DNA from: Raillietiella orientalis | Taxonomy: Eukaryota | NCBI GenBank assembly: GCA_036172245.1 | Contig: JAYWIR010000013.1 | Coordinates: forward strand, 3,844,001-3,908,000 | Reading direction: 5' to 3' | Length of the DNA: 64,000 nt | In this document: positions 49,321 to 61,200 of the stretch, piece after piece | How positions within the stretch are numbered: the stretch's first letter is position 1 | Layout: each line of letters opens with the position of its first letter | Position numbers and translations under genes: made by a program | Notes under the pieces: generated by a model | Seen by the model: the letters and a program-made list of their open reading frames with translations, nothing else | Databases searched by the model: none | Told to the model about the DNA's origin: nothing

Positions 49321-52300
49321 GGATGCACGCTTCTTGCCTTCTCTAATGAGCTATTTATCTGTCCAATTACTTATTGCCTTTGCTGTAACGGTTTGAAGGA
49401 TGCTGGAAAAAGCGGAGAAGAATGGAACCAAGAAGAGCAAACGAACGAGAGCGGGGACGAAGGGGGGAAAAAAAAGGCGACGTATGAAAACGAATGTCGG
49501 ATGCTGCGAACCCGCGGGGCTCCCTCGTTCCGTGTTCGGGAAAGCCCCAAGACGGGGGGGGGGGAACAGGACGGGAGGCTGGCAGGGAGCGGAGGCCGTT
49601 CGATGAAAGCCGGCAGACGTGCAACAGACTGTGAAAAGGAAGCGCATGGTTGTACGGAGGCTGCGGAGAGCTGCATCGCATCACGAGATTCGCTGGCTGC
49701 GCGTTTTCATCTCACGCGCTCCTTTCCCCTCCTCCTCTCCTTTCTTCCCTGGCTTCCCGTGACTCGAAGCGCGCTCACGACACCCAATCCATTTGTTAAC
49801 GAATTCATCAGCTTCGTCAGATCGAACGCTCCGTTAATTAAATGTTGACTAAAAGGACGTCAGAAATGTCAATCATTTCCGTTCATCAAGGGGAGAGGAC
49901 CCAAAGGAACCGGGAAGAAACCCAAATGGAGTAATCAGTTCCGAGTTCCTGAAAAGCCAAAGGAAAAAAAAGGGGGAAACCTCAGACCGCGGAGGAAAGG
50001 CTAAGGTGCTGCTGCTGCTGCTGGGTCCCAGGGAGACGGAACAAATAGCGGAGCGCTGTGCATGGCAACGCGGGGGCGTACGTGTGCGCGAGCACGTTCG
50101 TGGCCGCTGGATGGATGCGCACCCTCTCGACAGACGCGGTTTCGACGGAAGGACGGCCCCGGCGCAAGCGCCGCCGCGGCGGTCGACGGGGAGATTCCGA
50201 AAGAGATTCCAGCAAGCTGCGATCCGCGGCTCACGGCCGGCGAGATTGCGAGGGGGAAGCGTGGAGTTTTTTTTTCCCCCCAGGCAGGGGAGGAGGGATG
50301 GTGATGGTGATGATGATGACGACGAGGAGGAGGGGAAGGAGAGCGTTCGGATGGCGCGCGGGTCCGGCCCCCGTTCCTCCTCTCGAAGAGCGAGTTTCCG
50401 GGCGGGCGCGCGGGAGGAAGGACTCCTCGGGAACGGCGTCGCTGCGGGAAGAGTCCGGGAATCCCCAGTGGGCCGCACCGCGGAATGCCCTTCGCTCTCG
50501 TGCCGCGACAGCTCCTGCGGCCCCCAGTGCACACGCCAGGCACCCGGGTCGAGTTTCCGAACGCACTCGGCCATACCCCCGGGAAATCGTCCGGCCGATT
50601 CAAATTCGACCGGCGCGGGTCCGCGAAAGAAAGTAACCCGAAGCTTCCAGCGGGGAGAAATCCGAACTTCCATCTTCGAAGAAGCGTTTATTGTCTATTA
50701 CGATTCATGCGTGAAACACTGAATCACATCAGAACCCGGGATAACGATTTCGATCTCGTGATTGCGGAGGGAAGGATTGAATCTCACGAAGACGCCGGTG
50801 GCGCTGGCGGGGGTTACGTGGCAACCGCTCGCTTTCGCCTTTCCTCGCTGCTCACGTCCTCCCTTCTTACGGTTGGCGACGTTGCGCTGCCGTTGTCTGT
50901 TTACGCTGTCTTACCTCTCGCTGTTCCTTCCTCTTCTTCGTGCCCTCTGTTGCCGCCTCCTTTGCCCCTTCTTCCGGTGCTCGAAGCTCCTCTTTGCTTT
51001 CCAGCGTGGCAGGGTCTCCCCCTGGGCCGCGGCTCCTCCCGGGCAGGTCAAGGCGACGCAGCTCCGGCTTTGCTTCCGATCGGGAACAGGAGAGGAGGAA
51101 GGACCACCGGACTGCGGGATGCTGCACGAGCTGGAATTTCTGCTTTTGCTGAATCGAACTTTCGCACTCGGACGTTCCACCTCCCCCTTTTGAATTCCCT
51201 CTCCTCCAAAGCCGTTGGATCTCAGCCCCATGCTCCGAGGACCCTACAATGTATCTTTCGCCCCCGTCCACGTGTTTTGCAACACTGTTCCTCAGCAGGA
51301 ACAAAAGTCTTGGAAACGATTCTTCCAGTCAGCCAGGATGCCTCTTGTCCCATCAGCCTGGAAGAGGAACAGACGCTTCCATTTTTTCTTGATCCAATAA
51401 AAAACAGCACACGCCGTCGTAAATGTGTCCTCTTGTCACCCTCTAACTTTGATTCGTTATTGATCGCTCGCCTTGCTCGTAAACCTGTTACGCACCGTCA
51501 TAGGTCGTAACTCTTCCATTCAGGATTCTCTGCACCAGCATATCTTATCTAATTTACTTCTTGTCGGTAGCACATTACTCCTTGAGATCAAATTTATGAG
51601 TGTGGAAGAAGGTTCTTCCACCGGTGGGGGCCACCAAAATAATTTACTCCATGTGCTTCCTCCTCCAAGCGAAAGCCGAGGGCCTGCTCGCCTATGTGCG
51701 ATTTTTTCTGTTCCTCTCCATCTCATTTATGTTTTTGCTTCTTTTCGGCAACCCTTCTTCCCCCCGAGCCAGCGGTCCCCTGGCAGATAAATCGGTTCTC
51801 CAGCACTTGGACGGTCCACGCTCCTCCGAGGTCAGTTCTTTGCTGAGCGAAGAAGCGCCGAGCGATGCAGCAGACCCCAGGGGGACCCCAGCAAGGATTT
51901 GCTGCTAAGAGATGCGCCGCGATGCTGCGTTCCACTGCGCTCTTTCGGGATTGTGCAACCGCTGGATTCCATCGATTCCGGAGGAGGCGTTTCCTCTTCG
52001 AGTCCGTCGCAGGAAGTGTTTGGGGGGGAGAAACCGCCAGGCGTATGCCAAGAGGAATCCGCATGGCCGCCACGTGTCTTCCTTTAAGTTAATTATCGCG
52101 GAGTAACTTATAATTTGGGCGTTGATGAACAAAGAGCTGATGATTGCGACGTGATTAATGAGGAAGGAATGAGAGGCTCAGGTACTGTGATTCCTGAGCC
52201 CAGGGCAAATGCCGCCATTCGGAAGCGGCGGTTCCACCACGGAAGGGTACGGTAATGTTGAGAGGAAGGTCAAGAAAAGCTCGGCACATGGTTGCCCATT

Positions 52301-55141
52301 CAGTCATCGAAATGAGCGCATCATCAGAAAGGAAAGGATTCTGCAAGGATGGATGTGACCGCTGGGCTAGTGCGGACGTAGTAAGTGCTTTCGTAGGTGG
52401 AACCCCAAGATGCTTCTAAGAGGGAACACCTTTCTGTGGCAAACATTCAGCCAGATCTCATGAAAGTCTTCTCCGTCTCCTTTACTGTAGGTCACTTCGC
52501 AAGAGTAGGTCTGCATGTCCGGCATTAGACGGTTTACGAGGAAGGGGAAACGTTCAGTTTCTCAGCTCCAAATATGATCGATCCACTTCGAGAGAGAGCC
52601 CGCATAGGTAGCAAGAAAAAAGACATTGCGGTCCTATGTCTTCCTTCATCTGCTTGGTGCTCTTGATTTTTTCGCAATCTGCAGGTGGACAGGTCGGTTT
52701 CTTCCACCGCTACTCCAACTTCCAATTTAGAACGCCATAGCTCGTCTCGGGAACGTTTCACAGAGTGAAAAACAAGTAGTTCCTGTGTGATGCTCTGCCA
52801 CAAACTGGAACAGCAGTTGTCTTAATGATGGCGGCGTGTGTTCCCCGAACTCACCAACGCTGTTCTTCGTGGTAGTTGGTTTGGACAGTGAGAAGAATTG
52901 GCTCCGCGCCAGAACATCGCGAGCAATTTGGAGACGCTTGGGGAGGATCGTAGGTGACCCCAAAATGCGACACCCGTCACCCAAGATGGATGCCGCCGTG
53001 GAAGACGCTGCGCTTGGAAAGGCCGAGGGTGATGAATGATGGCCACACGTTGAAGACCGAGACCAGCCTATGCCGAGCACGAAGGTTCGGAACTCCCAGA
53101 TCCCGGCATGCCGAACGAAAGCCTTATGTCCCCTCGTACGCAGAGTAGAAGTCTTTTGCTTACCTCCCTGCGAAATATAAAGAAGCATCTGTTGTGTCAA
53201 ACGGTGAGGCTCTCAGCCCAAAGTGTATAAGTTGTTTCTCCGAGAATCCGCATGCATACACAAACTGCTTTGAGGCACTCTCTGGTGTACATTGAAAACT
53301 GCCGGCAATCCTCGTTTACTAATGGTTGCTGTCTGTGGGTCCATTCATCAAGAGAGATGTCTCTTGAACTTGGCTTGTTCAATGATAACCCAGGACTAGC
53401 ATTCCCGATTTTCCTTACAGAATCCGACGATCTATTTTGAAATTCATGTCATGAATCTGGTGGAATTGAGAACTGCATAATCCTTTGATGACAAACGCAA
53501 TCTCGCAACGTAAGGAACGTCAGATTTTTCTGCATTTCTCTCTGCATCTATCAGGGAACTGAGGATTGCAACGAAAGAGGTATCCCCTAGAGATCAAGCG
53601 ATGGTATCCATTTCCGCCGTCAGCTGATCAGCAGTGGAAGAATCCTCTCTTAAGGAATGATGAGTCAAATCAGTACCACGAATTGAAATGTGAACAACTC
53701 TGGAAAAATGGATGTCTTCTGCGAGCAGCTTTGGAGCGCAGCCCTTGTTTTCTCCTTTTGTTCTTCAAATTCCGTTTCTTGGTAAATCCCGCCGTCTGGT
53801 TCGAAGGATAGAAAAGGAATTCATCTTGCGAGAAAGATACACAACGTTTGTCAGTGCCACGTTGGTTTCCTCAGGATGCGGCTGCCTCCGGCAGAGAAAC
53901 AGATCAGAGGAATGGATGCCTGAATTCTCAAACTACGGTGCTCTTCGCAGACTCGGAACCGCAGAATCCGGATGATCCCGTCTCCTCCTCCGGATGCATC
54001 ATAATTCCAGAGTGAATAAAGTGTGATCCCTGAGCAAGGACCTTTGGCTTCACAGCAAGGAATTTCCCGCTTTCGTCCGGTCCTCCACGGCTCACCTCCA
54101 AGAGCATCTGACCGCGCTTCCGGATCGGCCAACCGAATCGAATACCGTGGGTTTCCTTGACAGCCGCAACGAGTAGCCCCGCTCGTTCCTGGAAGACGAT
54201 GAAGCCGCATGTCCGTCTCTGTTGATCTTTCCCCAATGATGGATCGTGAATCCGACGGGATCCCAATGCTGAGACCGGGAAGATCCGACGAACTTCATCG
54301 AGTCGACTGGCGGGTCTTCGCGAGCGGCATCCGACACGTGAGATTCTGGAGTGCCTCCAGCAGCGGAACAGGATGCATCCAGGATTCCAGGACGCAGCCT
54401 GCGAGCGCTCACCGTTTCCCAGGTGCCACCAGCCTGCTCGTGCTCAATGGGAATCACGTCCAGCAAGCACGGATGCGTGTTGAGCACCGCGCATTCGGAA
54501 CTCAAGAAACGGAGTTCGCTCGGTGTTTTGCTTTCGTGCCCTTTCCCCGCTTCTCAAATCGAATCGGAGCTTCTGAGCTGGGATGTGAGTTCTGGACCTC
54601 AGAATGGGATCGCTCGGGGAGGCGATGCGTGCTCGTGGGGGGAGAGTACGAAACTCTTCAGCACACGACTTAGAGCGTTCTTCGGCCGTTCGTCGCAGCG
54701 ATAAACTTCCCTTCGATTCTCGCGCAAAGATCGTACACTTTCAGCCATCTCCTTTTCTTTTTCCTCGGACGCATTGGGGATGCTGCAAAAATCGAAGCTT
54801 TAGATGATAACGGATGTTGCACGGAAACTGGTTCCGTGCTGCACTTCTTCATTATGTGCATCGCAACCATTCTTGCGCATCTTCTTACCCCTTACCTTTG
54901 AAGATGAGTTCCACAGGCTGCATGCCTCCATTAGCAGACTCCGAAAACCTTCCTGAAAGCTGCGCCACTCATCCACTCGTCCATCATTCCCTATCCGTGT
55001 ATAATTATTAGCGCTTCTCCCCCCATTGATTTAATATTTCCACTTGCGTGACAGTGCCGTTTTCCCTTCAGTGAGCTCTTACGCGGGGATCCTTTTACCG
55101 AAAATGCTGGAGTACGTTTGGCAATAAGAAAGCAAACACTT

Positions 55142-55352
55142 ATCCACATGTACCACCCACATGTGGATGCATTTGCATTTTCGTATGGGCGTGCACTTGC
55201 TTATTTCCTTACATGTGCTCAAGAGCCGTTTCCGAATACTGATGTGGTTTTTTACACCGCTCGAAGTGTATACATGTTTGGCAACTCTTGCATCAACATG
55301 TAATGTTCATGAATGCATATGTGTACACATATTGCTTGCGGCATGTATACAC
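55142..55352. repeat. Cluster of nested CA/TG/TA-rich palindromes
   Basis: ATCCACATGT/ACATGTGGAT 55142-55168; GTGTATACATG 55266-55276 / CATGTATACAC 55342-55352 enclosing palindrome ATATGTGTACACATAT 55317-55332. Confidence 0.8.
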
Positions 55353-56046
55353 GCTGCAATAATAGGTGATCCAGGAAAATCGCGCCTCCCTCCACTTGTA
55401 GCGTTCTTCGGGTGTTTGCCTTTCACTGCCGGGGTGTCTGCTGAAAGTGGAAGGTACAAGGCAGTGCACAAAGGAGGAGGGAGCAAGTCGAGCTGATTTC
55501 GCATCGAGCGGATTCGGTTCCAGAATCTTCTCGGAGAAGCACACTGCCATCAGAGGAGGCACCTGCGAGCCGGGAAAAGCACGTCTTTGAGAGAGCTGTC
55601 ACCGCGCGCTGAACGTTTGGAGCAATTGAGAGGTCATGCACGTCCTCTCAGGTTTCGGATCAACCAGGACCCGATTCACGCTGCTTGCGCTCAGCATCCA
55701 TCCGCTTGAAAATTCCTGTTAGAGCTCCGCCAGTGGAAACACCACTGACATAGATACCGGAAACGGATTAGACACTTCCCTTCGCTTATCGAGTCATTCC
55801 TTGACGAAGAGAGTGCATTCTGCCTCGAGATGGGTACTTCTTGCGCGTACCCTAATCCCTATCGCGACTGACCTATCATTCGCTTCGGTCCGGAAACCGA
55901 TGGCGCCTTCTCCAGAGGACAAACTTGATTCGGTGGTGGACGCAGTAGCATGAAAAGAATCGGACGATTTTGATCTTGAAAGGCGAGAGGACCACTTCGT
56001 GCTTCGGCCACCGATCGCCGAATCCTCTGCTTCAAATGCTGTCTTG

Positions 56047-56081
56047 TCTGTAAGGAAAACTGATTTAGTTTTCCTTACAGA
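56047..56081. repeat. Perfect 15-bp inverted repeat with 5-nt spacer
   Basis: TCTGTAAGGAAAACT-GATTT-AGTTTTCCTTACAGA. Confidence 0.95.
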
Positions 56082-57150
56082 ATCAGTGCCACGAGAGCAG
56101 ATGTGCGACGTACAATTGAACCGCTGCTAATGCTTGCGAAGGTCGGACCCAGCAAAATGGAGCATCATCAGGGCCTTCCTCCTTTCTCCTCTGAAGTTTT
56201 TCTCCGCCTTATAAGTAGGATGAACCTTAGCTATGCAGAAGAATTTTTTTCCGTTCCGTTTCAGGGGTCGTTGATTACCTATTCCTCATCGATCTCCTGA
56301 TTCTTCTTCTTCCCCTAACTTTTGTTCATGTCAAATTCAAGCCGCTTCCTGGAAGCAAACTAGTCCCTATCGTCCTCGATGGTGTTTTCAGTTCTGTCAC
56401 GTGACCCTCATTCTTCAACTTGCATTTCATCTTCCCACTGTCTCCGAACACATACGAAAAAATACAAAGTTCGGAGCGGCTGCGGAGAAGCTATGATCCC
56501 ACGGCTCAGTGGAGGAAAAAGCTCAACGGAATGCCAAAGTGGGCTCAGGAGATAATCTCACCAGGGTTTCTCTTCATCCTTCCGTTTTGTGAGCGCCGTC
56601 CGCGGCTAGAGCTCCAGACAAGCAATCTGTGAAGGATTACCAATGCTTGCATTATGGGGTCAATCCCTGGTACGTGCGGAGCGCTGTTAGAACGCACGGC
56701 GGTAAAGTTCATGGAAGACTCTTTCAGCTCAGATAAGTTTAGTCAGTGGATGAGGAAAATCGGGTGCAGGCACAGCAGCCCGCTGCAACGTCTTCTCGCC
56801 GCAGGGTTTTTGTTCCTTGCTGCTCACTGCTTGCATCCTGCTATCCTGTACCTAGGAGGCGGTGCAAATAGGAAAATTGATAAGTGTAATTATTACTGAC
56901 CACTCAGCTCAGGAGGCTACTTTTCCTCGAACATAAACCAGAAGACTACCATTGTATGGGATATTCAAATACTTCAGCTCTGACACTGGGCAACCAACTC
57001 GAGAACGTGTTAAGCTCTCACGAAGAGAAATCCGGTGCAAGAGGTTGGTTACGATTATGCCACTATTTTCTGACCCAGGCTTTTTCTGTAGCTGTTCAAG
57101 AAACGACGTTATGCTTGCCTGCCATCTCGAGTGAAATGTTCCTTCAAGAC

Positions 57151-57226
57151 CTGCCCGCGTCGGAGGCTGTGTGGTTAAGGCTTCCTCGCGTGGCCCCGTG
57201 CGTCGCGGGTTCGAATACTCCGGCAG
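57151..57226 (+). promoter_or_regulatory. tRNA-derived internal (type 2) Pol III promoter head
   Basis: GGCTGTGTGGTTAAGGC resembles the tRNA-Ser/Leu D-arm GGCCGAGTGGTTAAGGC; GCGGGTTCGAATAC resembles a T-arm; CTGCC...GGCAG can close it; no intact anticodon arm, so not a tRNA gene. Confidence 0.6.
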
Positions 57227-57351
57227 AAACCGACGCCACTGCGTCGTCGAGTTCCGAGTTTCTCCTGCAACGGCGCTGGTTGGCCGAGACATTCGGGCGT
57301 GGCTCCGGCGGTGGATTAAGCCGGGAGGTCCCCGATGAAGGCCGGAACAAT

Positions 57352-57965
57352 GGGAGTCGACCTTCGGGTCCTCCCAGGAATAAAGGAGTGGAGAGTTCCC
57401 CCTCCTGTCGTGCAGCGCAGAGCGGACCCCCCCACCAGGGGACCCCTTCGGTTTCAAGATGGAGCAGGAGCCCTCACGGGCACCTCTCCAGTTGTTCAAA
57501 GGAGCGGACCTCCCCATGTTGCGAGGGGGGACCCTCCGAGTCTTCAGCTCTTCACAGAGTGCAAGGAAGCAATCGAGAGAGATCCCCCTGCGGGAAGCTG
57601 CAGCGCCCCTTCTGAATTTCGGAAGCGTCTCTTTGGGGTTCTCTTCAGAGTAGTGAAAAGGAGCGGTTCCCTCGCGGGTTCCCTCCGGAGAAGGAATTCC
57701 TACAAGCGGATCCTTTCCGGGTTCCCTTCGGAGAAGTTGAAATGGAGAGGACCACCCCCCATTAGGGGGTGTCCCTCCAGAGAGAATGAGGAAGGAGATT
57801 CCCTTCGGGGTTCCCCTTCGTAGACAACCAGGATAGGAGGTGCGATCCCCCCTCCCCAAACGTGAGAGGAACGGACTCGAGCCTTCCTGGATTCACAGGG
57901 CGGACCCCTTCCGGGGTGCCCCCCCTATCTTGAAGAATAATACGCACCCTCCGCGGGGGTGGCGT
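57352..57965 (+). repeat. Array of ~14 imperfect palindromes (consensus GGAG-c-GG-n-CCC-loop-GGG-n-CC-CTCC) separated by mostly 8-18 nt unique linkers
   Basis: Examples: GGGAGtcGACC-TTCG-GGTCCTCCC 57352-57375; GGAGcAGGaGCCC-TCAC-GGGCaCCTCTCC 57461-57489; GGAGcGGttCCC-TCGC-GGGttCCCTCC 57660-57686; GGAGaGGACcACCCCC-CATTA-GGGGGTGTCCCTCC 57744-57778; GGGcGGACCCC-TTCC-GGGGTgCCCCC 57898-57923. Confidence 0.85.
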
Positions 57966-58175
57966 GGAACAACAGTGCTAAAGAGCCACATGATCCGCGA
58001 GGCAGCGACCGGCTCTTGAGGTACTTAGTGAACCACAAAAAAGAAAACCTGAAAAACCTGAAAAAAAAAAAAAAAAGAAATGCTGAAAGGGAAAAAACAG
58101 CGAAGACGGAAAAGAACTCAAAAGGATTTCCATCATTCCATTTCTTTTTTTCAGACGAGGTATGAGGCAAAATAC

Positions 58176-58223
58176 ACCACGTGGACTTTTTCCTTTTTTC
58201 AGGCGAGGGAAAGTCCACGTGGT
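58176..58223. repeat. Perfect 14-bp inverted repeat with 20-nt spacer
   Basis: ACCACGTGGACTTT 58176-58189 / AAAGTCCACGTGGT 58210-58223. Confidence 0.95.
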
Positions 58224-61200
58224 TTATGGAGCACTCAGGAGAAATTTCCAATTGAGGAAAGTGCGTACGGAGGTGGTGGTGGGTGACCTCACTCATGCAG
58301 CTCGGAACGTCCGGCGACGAAGGCAGACTACCAGTGCGAAAGGTCTTCAGCAATTTAATGAACCCATGACGTCATTCGCGTTAATTTATTACGAGCAAAT
58401 TAAGCAACCTCGGAAATGCAGCACGGATTCCGTGTGGCAAGCCGTACCAGCAAAACTCATGCATCATCCCTAATCATTGGCATTACCTCTTACTTTCACG
58501 GGCTGCTCTCATTCCCGATCCCGCTCGCCACCTTCGCGGTCCGGTCTGTTCGGTCGCCACCTTGGAACTTGGCACCGCATGAATAATGACGAGCAGCTTC
58601 CTATACCTTCTAATAATCTCCCAGCGGCCTTTTCCCTATTGCTCGCACACGTTGGAACCGTTGCGAAACAGCCGGTGCTCTTGAGTCTCCCGATTTTTGT
58701 TCGGGAAATCCCTGGATGGCAGCCACCTATCGGAGCCTTTCCGCCAAAAGGCATGGGCTTATCACGAAAGCTCGCGCAGCCCTTCCGCGAAAGGCCTCCT
58801 TCTTCATCTCTCCTTTCAGAACGGACCTCCAGCCGGCGTTCGGAGGTGTCTTCCTTTTGTCCACCGGTCTTGCCGCTGTTCTTTTACCGCAGTGCGCGAA
58901 CGGATGCTCTGTCGCAGATGCGCCGGATGAACTCGCGAGGCGTCGCTCCAGACTCCACAAATCACCCCAACCCCCGTTTCTTCTGACATTTGGCGGCAAA
59001 ACAGAAAACCGAGGTTTCCCTCGGAGAGGATCTCCTCCTGAAAAGATGCGGGAGGAGAAGGTCTCCTCCCCGCATCTTGTGAGAGGACCAGCACCGTCGT
59101 CGCTCGCATGTTTTCCCGGCTGAAGGCAGTTTTGGCGGGCTCAGCAGGGAAGCTCCCCTGCCGACCGCTTGAGTGGACCTGTCTGAGGTCGCAGCTGCCT
59201 CGTCAGCACGTACAGATAGACTATACAAACGTTCATGTGTTCCAGGAACTCGTCACCAGCGAACCGTTCTCATCCTGGACGAAATCCTCAGGCCAATCTC
59301 CGTGTTAAGGTGGTGGAAGAAGGTCTGTCGTCTCCCTGAGACGCCACCCAAAGCGGCTTTTGCGGTTTTCCCAGAGAAGAATTCGTTTGCTTCGTGCGGT
59401 CTGTTTTCTTTGATCGTCTGGTCAGCTACAAACTCTTCTCGGGAACATCCCACCTCGTTCTCGACGAGTTTTCTAGAAAGCTCGCGGCTGGGCACTGCAC
59501 ACTCAAAGGAAGCGCATCGAGCCTCGTCTCATCGCATGATTGGTCCACTGGAGTACTGTTGAAAAAGATCGTAAGAATCGTGGCAGCTGCCAACGTTGGT
59601 ATCTTTATTCTTCGAAAGAAAACGGAAAGAGCGCCCGTTTTATTTTCGTCAGTTCCACCCTCCTCGTCCTGCAACTCTTTCACAGTCGGGTTGCGGAAGC
59701 GACGTCTGCTCTATACCTTGAAGGGGGAAAGAAAATCCACCGACGTCAGGTCCCGCTGTTTACAGGCTGTCACATCTTCATCAGATAAAGGAGTGCGCAT
59801 GCCATCGCGAGACTTAGATGGCTCGTTAGGGAGTCCCGCTGAAAAAGGGACGCTTCGCCCGTCCCTTCAGGGAATTCGCATTCTCTGCATTCTGAGTCAG
59901 AATGACGACATCTGTGGCAGCAGCACCCACGCTGCGGACCCAGGATCCCGCTCAGATCGCACCAGATCGGAAATGATGCGCCGTGGTCGAGAATATGCTC
60001 TGCCGGCTCGGAAGCTGCAGATGACCGAACGTTCCTTCAGACGTTTGGGTGGAGGATGAAACGTCTCCATTACCCCGCGTATCCTCTGCACCGCGTCCCT
60101 CGTGGACGTCCACGAGCAAGCAGACTGCACTAAGGAATTCTGACCGACGAGATGAACTGGACCCGAAAGAAAATGCATTTCTGGAGAAAGATGCGATCCC
60201 GAGAAAAATCCGCACTGGACATTCCGACGTGAGCTGCAAGGATTGGCTCGTCTTTTAAATGAGAAGTGCCATCTTTCTGTGATGGCGGATGGCATCCTCA
60301 TGAAAGTTGAATGGAAAATTCGAAAGGATCTTGAAATTCCAGTTGCTCCAGACGTTCCTGAAGCCAGCAGGAAGCGAAAACGACGGGTCCACCATTCCAC
60401 ATCAATGGAAAACCCAGGAATGCATCCTCGATCGATATTTGCTACACACCTATTGCTGTAAACAAAAGCGGAAGCGGATAGCTTGCTCTGGAGTTTCAAG
60501 ATTCGAAGGCTGAAGTCAGATCTGGTGATTGAGGGCGAGAAGAAGGTGACCGTGCTGGACGCCGTTCGTTCCCACGGGTATTTATCAACGGCGCTGCAAG
60601 ATGCGAGGCAGGAGAAGAGCAGCCGTGGCCTTGGATTTCGTCTTCAGTGGGGCGCAGCGCAGCGTAAGAGCAAGAGTCACGTGACCTGCATCCGAGAATT
60701 GACGAAGTGTTGGGAATCTGGAATCAAGACTTTTGAAGGGAGCACATCGGAAAACAGATGGAGCGCTCAAGCGTGCACTGTTCCCGAGGTGCACACGGAA
60801 AACACCACATCGATTGGCACTCGCAATCCGTAACCACAGATTACGCTGAAGAGAAGAGACAAAAGGAGAAGGTGGTGGCAACTTCTCCCTCCATTTTTCT
60901 TTTTTTCCATCATCGTGGCGATCTGAGCAGCAGCTCCTGCAACCGTTTTCTTGCACGAGTTTTCTGAAGCTTCAAGAAGTTTTCTGAAGCAGTCAAGGTC
61001 CCTGGGGTTCATGAACGAGAAACGTAAGGACTGATGGGGTTACTCCTTTGATGGTTCTCCCGGAAGGTGCGTACCCGAATCCTGTGAGAGCTTCCCACTC
61101 CTTCCGTCTTTTTGTTTCTGGAAACGACCCAGTCCGGATGTTCCCTTTCTGGGAATTCCGCTGACATCTCCAGCCTTCAAGAAGTCTGCTGGCTCCCCGT

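Larger units (their letters stand above)
57151..58151 (+). mobile_element. tRNA-headed, hairpin-array SINE-like element or Pol III ncRNA, most complete copy
   Basis: A-box-like AGGCTGTGTGG(TTAAGG) 57164-57180, B-box-like GGTTCGAATAC 57208-57218, array of stem-loops 57352-57965, A-rich tail 58037-58123, first run of 4 or more T is T7 at 58145-58151; two other partial copies in the window. Confidence 0.65.

Noticed and set aside
50566..50600. 5S rRNA-like start CGGCCATACC
   Set aside because: Similarity ends after ~10 nt
52150..54270. Degraded LINE on the minus strand (VAAVKETH as APE-like, SG*MFATERC and KHLGVP as RT-like)
   Set aside because: No YADD, QG or KAFD motifs; matches too weak to call
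57352..57965. CRISPR array
   Set aside because: Eukaryotic context, no cas genes, repeats vary in sequence and length, spacers mostly only ~8-18 nt
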